From positions 37,350 through 101,349 of the forward strand of contig CAIXZC010000084.1 of NCBI GenBank assembly GCA_903923815.1: a stretch of DNA of 64,000 bases. Direction: 5' to 3'. The stretch is from an uncultured Myxococcales bacterium (GTDB taxonomy: Bacteria > Myxococcota_A > UBA9042 > CAIXZC01). Below, one piece after another: positions 35,001-44,000 of the stretch (its first letter is position 1; each line of letters begins with the position of its first letter). The position numbers and the translations under genes were made by a program. The notes under the pieces were generated by a model. It was given only the letters and a program-made list of their open reading frames with translations, made no database searches and had not been told where the DNA came from.

Positions 35001-38000
35001 TGCTCTGACTCCCAGTTCTGCAACGGCATCGAAATTTGCGACCTGACCCAGGGCTGCATTGCTGGCAACGTGCCGGCGGGTTCTGACGACAACGTCGGCT
35101 GCACCCTCGACGCCTGCGACGAGACCCAGGACAAGTGGACCCACACCCCCCAGGACAGCGTCTGTGATGACGGTCTGTTCTGCACCGGCGCCGAGAAGTG
35201 CCTGGCCAACACCGGTTGCGTGGTCCAGAACGTCCCCGTGGTCGACGACAAGGTCAACTGCACGGTGGATACCTGCGACGAGACCAACGACATCGTGACC
35301 CACCTGCCCGACGTCACCCTCTGTGAAGACGGCAACGCCTGCACCGACAATATCTGCAGCCCCACCGCCGGCTGCACCTTCATGTTCAACACGGTTCCCT
35401 GCGACGACGGCGAGGCCTGCACCAAGAATGACGTGTGCGCCATCGGTCGCTGCACCTCTGGCACCCCCAACACTGACCTGATCACCTGCACGGGCTGCAT
35501 TCAGGACTCGGATTGCCCGGACGACGGCAACGCCTGCAACGGCAAGCTCAAGTGCGATATCGCCAGCGCCACCTGCGTGATGGACCCCGCAAACGCCGTG
35601 GTCCACTGCGACCTGCACGCCAATCCCTGCATGGTCAACGAATGCAACCCCGCCAAGGGCATCTGCGAGGCCAAGGCCAAGTCCGCTGGCACGAACTGCA
35701 ACGACTACGTTGCCTGCACCGCCAACGACCGCTGCAATGGCGCCGGCGTGTGCCTGGGCTCGGACAGCTGCAACGATCAACTCTTCTGCAATGGCTCCGA
35801 GGCCTGCAACAAGCAGAGCGGCGAGTGCGTCAGCAGCGCCGCCCCCAAGATTGACGACAACAATAACTGCACCATCGACTACTGCGATGAGGCCAACAAT
35901 GCCGTGGTGCACGTGGCCTCCCACAGCTACTGCAGCGACGGTCAGTACTGCAACGGCGAAGAGATCTGTGACACCAAGAATGGCTGCCACGCTGGTACGC
36001 CCCTCAGCTTGAACGACGAGTTCGAGTGCACCATCGACACCTGCAACGAGACCGTCGACGCCATCGTCCACACCCCCAACAACGTGGCCTGCTCGGATGG
36101 TCAATTCTGCAACGGCGCCGAGATCTGCAGCACCCTCAATGGCTGCAACTTGGGCGTGGTTCCCACCGAAGATGACGGCATCATCTGCACGGACGAGACC
36201 TGCGACGAGACCAGCGACTCGGTCAAGCACGTCCCGAACCACGAGATCTGCAACGACGGCAACGTCTGCAACGGCATCAACTACTGCTCCGTCATGGAAG
36301 GCTGCCTGGAAGGGCCCCTGCCCGATCCCGATGATGGCATCCCCTGCACCATGGATACCTGCGAGAACGGCGAGATCGTCAACTCCCCCGTTGACTCCGC
36401 CTGCGACGACGGCGTGTTCTGCAACGGTGCGGAACTCTGCTCCTCGACCCTGGGCTGCGTCAGCTCGCCCATCCTGGCCGTTGACGACAGCATCGACTGC
36501 ACCGTCGACTACTGCGATGAGAACGCCGACCAGGTCGTTCACCTCACCAGCGACGTGGTCTGCGATGACGGCGCGTTCTGCAACGGTACCGAGATCTGCG
36601 ACCTGTCCCAGGGCTGCATCAGCAACAACGTCCCGGACTGCGCGGACAACAACCCCTGCTCTGCGGACGTGTGCAACCCCGCCCTCAACAACGGCATCGG
36701 CGCCTGTGACAACAGCGGCCGCGTCCAGTTCTGCGAAGCCACCTGCGGTGGTAATCACAGCTTCGACGCTGGTGACGACGACTGCGGTTACGATGACGCT
36801 TGCGTTGGTGGTCTCAGCGGCCAAGGCAGCGGTAACTGCACCCCCATCTGCGCCTCTGACTCCTGCGGCACGGCCCGCTCCGGCGCGTTGACCACCCGCA
36901 TCCCCGATATGGAATGCCTGACCGCCAATCTGACCGTCGACGCCCCCAACGGCTTCGTGGCTGGTGTGGACGTCAAGGCCGCCCTGGTCCACTCCCGCGT
37001 GGCCGATCTCCAGGTCCGCGTGCAGGATCCGGCGGGCAACTGGGTGACCCTGTGGAACAAGGGCACCGGTGGCTCCAATGCCAACTTCAACAACACCTTT
37101 GTGGCCTCCTACTCGGCCATCCCCGGTTCCATGTGCTCCTTCATCGGCAAGCAGGCCGACGGCGTCTGGAAACTGGAGATCTGCGATCAGTCCGCTGGTA
37201 ACGAAGGCGTGCTGAAGGGCTGGGGCATCTACGTTGACTCCTCTGCCCAGAACCTCAGCTCCGGCGACGTCTGCGCCACCCCCATCAACATCACGTCCGA
37301 GGACGGCGACTACACCTACGTTGGCGAACTCGCCTGCGCCTCCAACAACTACAACGGCGCCTGCGGCGGCGCCGGCGGGCCTGACCGCGTCTATCGGTTC
37401 ACCCTCACCGGCACCACGACCGTGACGGCCAGCACCGACTCTGAGGACCTGTTGGTCTACATCAAGTCCGCTGCCAACTGCGATGGCGCCTCCTCTGCCT
37501 GCGGTCCCACGCTTACCAAGCAGCTCGCTGCCGGTAGCTACGTGCTGGTGGTCGACTCCGCCAGCTCTGCCGCTCCGGACTACAAGCTCAGCGTCTCCTT
37601 CCGCGAACTGCTGGCCTCCGGTCTGCCCTGCACTGACGACACTCAGTGCATCGCTGGTCACTGCGCCAACGGCTTCTGCTGCGCCGCCGGCGACTGCTGC
37701 GCTGCCAACGACGACTGCCCCGCCTCCTACACCGCCACCTCCGAGTGCCTCGACCCCAACAGCTGCCAGGGCGTTCGCACCGAGGGTACCTGCGAAGACA
37801 ACACCTGCGTCGCCAAGGAATTCCCGGATGACTCGGGCTGCAACGCCCGCCTCGCCGTTGCCTGCGGCTGCTTCGCTGACATGCTTTGCACCAACGCCGT
37901 GACCCAGGACGCCCCTGTGTGCCCCGCCACCTGCAATGGGGACAGCGACTGCGACACGGAGACCTGCTTCTGCAACACCTTTAGTATTTGCGCCACCAAG

Positions 38001-41000
38001 GGCAGCAACGGCAACGCCTGCACCGAGGGCCGCCAGTGCCTGTCCGGCCATTGCAACAATGGCATCTGCTGCGACAGCGGCGACTGCTGCCAGGTCGACA
38101 GCGAGTGCCCCCTGTCCTACAACAAGCCCCCCGAGTGCGATTCCCCCGGCTCCTGCCAGGGCCACGTCTGGAACCGTTCCTGCGTGAATTACACCTGCAC
38201 CAGCGGCATCGCTGACGATGACAGCCTGTGCGGCGTGACGACCGTGGCCGACGAGTGCGGTCCCTACCCGGCGGCCATGTGTAGTGGTCTTGTCGAGCAG
38301 GAGCCCCCGGTTTGCGCCAATACCTGCGTCCAGGACACCGACTGCGACGAGTACTCCCGTTGCGACAACGGCATCTGCGCGCCCTTCCAGCCCAATGGCA
38401 GCCCCTGCGCGGCCAACGGCGAGTGCCAGTCCGACCACTGCGAGAACGGCTTCTGCTGCGACGCCGGCGTTTGCTGCGATGTGGCGGCCTCCTGCCCCGC
38501 GGGCTTCACCATGCTGCCCACCTGCCACGATCCGGCGGGTTGCCAGGGTTCGTCCAAGGCTGCGCTGTGCATCGGCTTCACCTGCCTCGAGAGCCCGGCC
38601 AATGACGACACCCCCTGCACCACCGAGATCAAGGCCCGGGACTGCGGTCTGTACGCCCCCGTGTTCTGCACCGGCCAGTTGAACCAGGGCGCCCCCGCGG
38701 CCTGCAAGACCCAGTGCCTGACCAACGCCGACTGCGCGGCCACCGCTTACTGCGACAGCACCACCTCGAAGTGCGTCGTCAAGACCCCCGATGGTGCTCG
38801 CTGCACCGGCGATCAGATGTGCGCCTCTGGCCACTGCTCGAACGGCTTCTGCTGCGCCAGCGGTGATTGCTGCGCCCTCGACGGTGACTGCCCGGCCTCC
38901 TACGCCGCCGAGCCCACCTGCGATGACCCCGCCACCTGCCAGGGCACCAAGAAGCTCAAGCAGTGCTCCAACTTCATCTGCAAGTCCAAGTCCGTGCCCC
39001 ACGACGGTGGCTGTACCGCCGCGATGGTGTCCAAGGACTGCGGCTGCTTCCCGTCCGTCTACTGCAATGGCGCTCAAGAGCAGGCCACTCCCGCATGCAA
39101 GACCTTCTGCGCCGGCGACCCCGAGTGCGACCTGTCCTGCCACTGCGACGGGGCCTGCGTGCCCAACCAGACCCTCGGCATCGCCTGCGACGAGGACGTG
39201 GACTGCGCGTCCGGCTTCTGCGTTGATGGCGTCTGCTGCAACTCTCGTTGCGAAGGCCTGTGCAAGACCTGCAAGGGCGTCGACACCGAGGGTACCTGCA
39301 CCTACGTTGTGAATGAGGGCGACGCCGACAACGAGTGCCCCTCCTGCCAGACCTGCAACGGCTCGGGCGCCTGCGCCAAGGTCGCTGCTGGCAAGGATCC
39401 CGTGAACGACTGCACCGCCCTGTCTCAAAGCACCTGCTTGCTGGACGGCGCCTGCGACGGCAACGGCTCCTGTTCCAAGTGGCCCCTGGGCACCGAGTGC
39501 CAGGCCAAGAAGTGCGTCAACGGCCAGAAGACCAACCCCTCTCTCTGCAACGGCTCGGGCACCTGCCAGGCTGGTCCCACGGTCAGTTGTGGTCTGTACA
39601 ACTGCACCGCTGGCGGTGATGACTGCCTGACCACCTGCTCCTCCGACACCGACTGCGCCTCCGGCAACTGGTGCGACAAGTTCAACCAGTGCGTGCCCAA
39701 GAAGGCCCTCGGCGATGTGTGCTCCTCCGTGCTGGGCTACTCCCCCACGGCCGACGCCAACGCTCAGTGCTCCTCTGGCTTCTGCGCCGACGGCGTTTGC
39801 TGCTCGGACGCCTGCCAGGGCGCCTGCAAGGCCTGCGATACCCTTGGCAACGAGGGCATCTGCATCCTGGCCTCTCCCTCCACCGATCCTCTCCAGGAGT
39901 GCGGCATCTGCGGTCAATGCGACGGCGTGGGCTCCTGCGTGAAGACCCCCGCTGGCGAGGACGACCCCCGCCAGACCTGCGACGCCATCAAGAAGCTGGC
40001 CACCACCTGTTCCTACGACGGCACCTGTAATGGCGACGGCGCCTGCCGCCTGTGGACCTGGGGCACCGTGTGCGTCAACGGCACTGGCTGCACCGCCGCC
40101 GATGGTGGCGCGGGCGACTGGGCCAACGGCGCTTCCATCTGCAACGGCAACGGCCAGTGCATTCCCGCCGGCCAGCTGGCTTGCAGCCCCTATCGCTGCA
40201 ACGGCACGGATGCCTGCTTTGACACCTGCAACACCAACGCCGAGTGCGCCCCCACTGCCATCTGCTACGGCAACAAGTGCATCCAGGCCAAGCCCGATGG
40301 GCAGACCTGCTCCGGCGAGACTGCGGGCTACGAGTGCCAAAGCGGCCTCTGCGTGGACGGCATCTGCTGCGCCACCGCCTGTGACGGCCTCTGCGAGGCC
40401 TGCAACGTGACCGGTAAGCTCGGTATCTGCACGGCCATTCCGGCCAACACCGACCCCGCCAACGAGTGCACCACCGCCTGCAACGCCTGCGATGGCAACC
40501 GTGCCTGCGGCGCCGTGACCCCGGGCACCGACCCCACGGACGACTGCGCGGCATCCCTCCAGACCTCCTGCGGCCTTGACGGCACCTGCGGTGCGGGCGG
40601 CGTCTGCCGTAGCTGGCTTGACGGCACGGTGTGCACGGCCCAGACCTGCAACCCCATCACCAACACCCTGACCCTGGCGTCCACCTGCGACGGCCTGGGC
40701 GTCTGCGACAACAACGGCACCAAGTCCTGCTCGCCCTTCAAGTGCAACAACCTGAAGACCAACTGCGCCACCATCTGCGCCTTCGACACCGACTGCGTCA
40801 TCGGCGCCTACTGCGGTCAGGACCGCCGCTGCCACGCCAAGAAGGCCAATGACGGCAGCACCTGCGCCGAGGACAAGGAGTGCATCTCCGGTATCTGCAC
40901 CGACGGCTTCTGCTGCGACTCCGAATGCGGCCTCACCTGCGAGTCCTGCGCTCTGCCCGGCAAGGTTGGTACCTGCACCCTGGTGGCCGCCCAGGAGGAT

Positions 41001-44000
41001 CCGGACAACGACTGCGCCGAGCCCTGCCAGGCCTGCTCCGGTATCGATCACACCTGTATTCTGGCCGTGGCCGGTAGCGACCCCAACGCCGACTGCACCC
41101 AGTCCGAGCCCGGCACCTGCGGCCTGGACGGCAACTGCGACGGCACGGGTCTGTGCCAGTACTGGGCCAGCACCACCGAGTGCCGTCCCGCGTCCTGCGT
41201 CAATGGCTTGCTGACCCAGGCCTCTACCTGCCCCGGCGAAGGCGCCTCCTGCCCCACCGGTGAGGAAGTCTCCTGCGGCAACTACCGCTGCGATGGCACC
41301 TCCGCCTGCAAGACCGCCTGCGATACCGACGCGGACTGCCTCGGCGGCGCCTACTGCCGCACCGATACCCACGAGTGTGTCGCCAAGCTCTCCATCGGCG
41401 AGGACTGCGGCGAAAACGCCCAGTGCGCCTCCGGGTTCTGCGCCGACGGCGTCTGCTGCGAGACCTCCTGCGACGGCGGCTGCCGTTCCTGCAACCTGCC
41501 CGACTCCGTGGGCGTCTGCACCTTCTTCGGCACGGGCACCGACCCCGACGTGGACTGCGAGTCCTGCCAGGTCTGCAATGGCGCCGGCCTCTGTGTCGCC
41601 GCTGCCAACAACACCGACCCCAAGGACGAGTGCGCTGCCGGCGCCGGCGAGTGCGGCCTGTCCGGCTTCTGCAACGGTGCCTCCACCTGCGGTTACTGGG
41701 GCAATGACCACAACTGTGGCGCGACCTCCTGCGCCGCGGACGTGTTCACGCCCTTTGGCAAGTGCGACGGCGAGGGCAACTGCGCCGCCTCCCAGCCCGA
41801 GCCCTGCGTGGCCTTCAAGTGCAACGACGGCGGCACCTCCTGCCGCACCGTGTGCACCACCAACGACCAGTGCCAGACGGGCTTCTGGTGCAACAGCTTG
41901 GGCAAGTGCGTCTCCAGCATGCCCAACGGTACCCCGTGCAACCCGGCGGTCCCCGCCGAGTGCGACTCCGGCTACTGCGTGAACGGGTTCTGCTGCGACG
42001 GCACCTGCGCCTCCACCTGCAAGACCTGCAACCAGAACTGGTCCACCACGGGCACCATCGCCATCGACGGCAACCTGGCCGACTGGGGCAGCACCAAGAA
42101 GCTTGGCACTGGCTCCAACGCCGTGGGTTACTACATCACCTTTGATGCTGACTACATCTACCTGGCCTGGGACGGCGTGAACCTCTCCGCCGACAAGGTC
42201 TTTGTGGCCTTTGACATCGACGCCCTCAAGGCCGGCGACTCCGGCGTGGGCGGCTCCTCCAACGCCAAGGGCGGCGCCTACTTCACGGGTCTGCGCAAGC
42301 CCGAATACCTGGTTGCCTTCAACAAGACCGTAAGCGGCGGCGTCATCAACCTCTACGCCGAATCCGCCACCACCCCCGGCACCTGGGACTTCGCCCAGAA
42401 CATGTCCGGCTGGTCCAACTTCCCCGGCTACGACTCCACCCACAAGGTGAACGAGCTGCGCATTCCCAAGTCCGCCCTGCCGGGCCTCTCCACCACCTCT
42501 GGTATGGGTGTGTGGATGTGGGTGAACAACGCCGCCGAGACCAACGTCTGGTCCATCTGGCCCAACACCAACACCGCTGGGGCCGCCCCCATTGCCATGG
42601 CCAATGCTCAGTTCTTCATCGCTGGTCAGGGTATGTGTCAGTTCGTGCACAACGACAGCGACCCCGACTTCGAGTGTGGCCTGTGCAAGGTCTGCAACGG
42701 CAGCGGCGCCTGCAAGTTCGTCGCCAATGACGTGGTTGATCCCAAGGGTCAGTGCACCCAGTCGACTCCCGACACCTGCGCCACGAACGGCCGCTGCAAC
42801 GGTTCTGGCATCTGCTCCCTGTGGAGCCCCGAGACCGTCTGCATCCCCATCTCCTGCGTGGACGACAAGACCGTCACCAAGGTCTCCTTCTGCACCGGCG
42901 CCGGTGACTGCACCTCCAACGGCACCGAGGAATGCGCCGACGGCTTCAAGTGCAAGAATGGCGCCTGCCTCGTGATGTGCACCACCAACGACGACTGCCA
43001 GACCGGCCGCTACTGCGACGGCACCGCCTGCCAGCTCTCCAAGGACAACGGCCAGACCTGCTCCACCTCTGCCGAGTGCTCCTCTGGCAACTGCGTGGAC
43101 GGCTACTGCTGCGACAGCGCCTGCAACGGCACCTGCGAAGCCTGCAACGTCAGCGGCAGCGCCGGTACCTGCACGGCTCACGCCGCCAGCACGGACCCCG
43201 ACAACGACTGCATCGCCTGCCTCGTGTGCAATGGCTCGGGCGGGTGTGTCAACGTCCCGGATGGTGACGATCCCGTTGACGATTGCCAGCTTTCCGAAGC
43301 CGGCACCTGTGGCCTGAACGGCGTCTGCAACGGCACGGGCACCTGCTCCTTCTGGCCCGCCACCCAGGTTTGTGCTGCCGCCTCCTGCGGCGTGGCCTCC
43401 GACGGTCTCCACTACGAGGCCAAGGCCCAGCGCTCCTGCAGCGGCGCCGGCGCTTGCGCCGCCGTGACCCCCTCCTCCTGCGGCGCCTACCGCTGCAGCA
43501 AGGTCAACGGTGAGACCCACCTGTGCGGCACCGCCTGCACCGCCGCCACCGACTGCGTGGCCGGCTTCTACTGCGACGCCACCTCCAAGTGCGTGGCCAA
43601 GTCCGCTGTGGGTACCGCCTGCACCACGGGCGATTCCTGCATGAGCGGCTACTGCACCGACGGTTACTGCTGCGACAAGTCCTGCAACGGCCCCTGCGTT
43701 GCCTGCAACCTGGCCGGCAAGAACGGTACCTGCACCGCCCTCGAGAACGGCTTCGATAGCAAGACCGCCCCCGAGTGCCCCATCTGCCAGGTGTGCAACG
43801 GCACCGACGGCTGCCGCGCTGTGGTGGCCGGTCTGGCCGATCCCAAGCAGTACTGCTCCATTGAAGATCCCTGCGGGTTCAGCGGCCTGTGCGATGGCGC
43901 CGGCGGCTGTGGCAAGTACGGTCCCGAAACCTCCTGTGGTACGGGTGCCTCTGCCTGCCGCATCGAGAGCGGTATCCACACCCTGTACCCGAAGGAGCAC

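Noticed and set aside
29181-44000. 4,939-aa minus-strand ORF opposite the giant gene
   Set aside because: It is codon-aligned with the plus-strand frame, so it stays open only because the sense gene avoids TTA/CTA/TCA codons. The translation is low-complexity Gly/Ala/Val/Asp text with no domains, RBS or signal. The sense strand carries clear repeats and domains.
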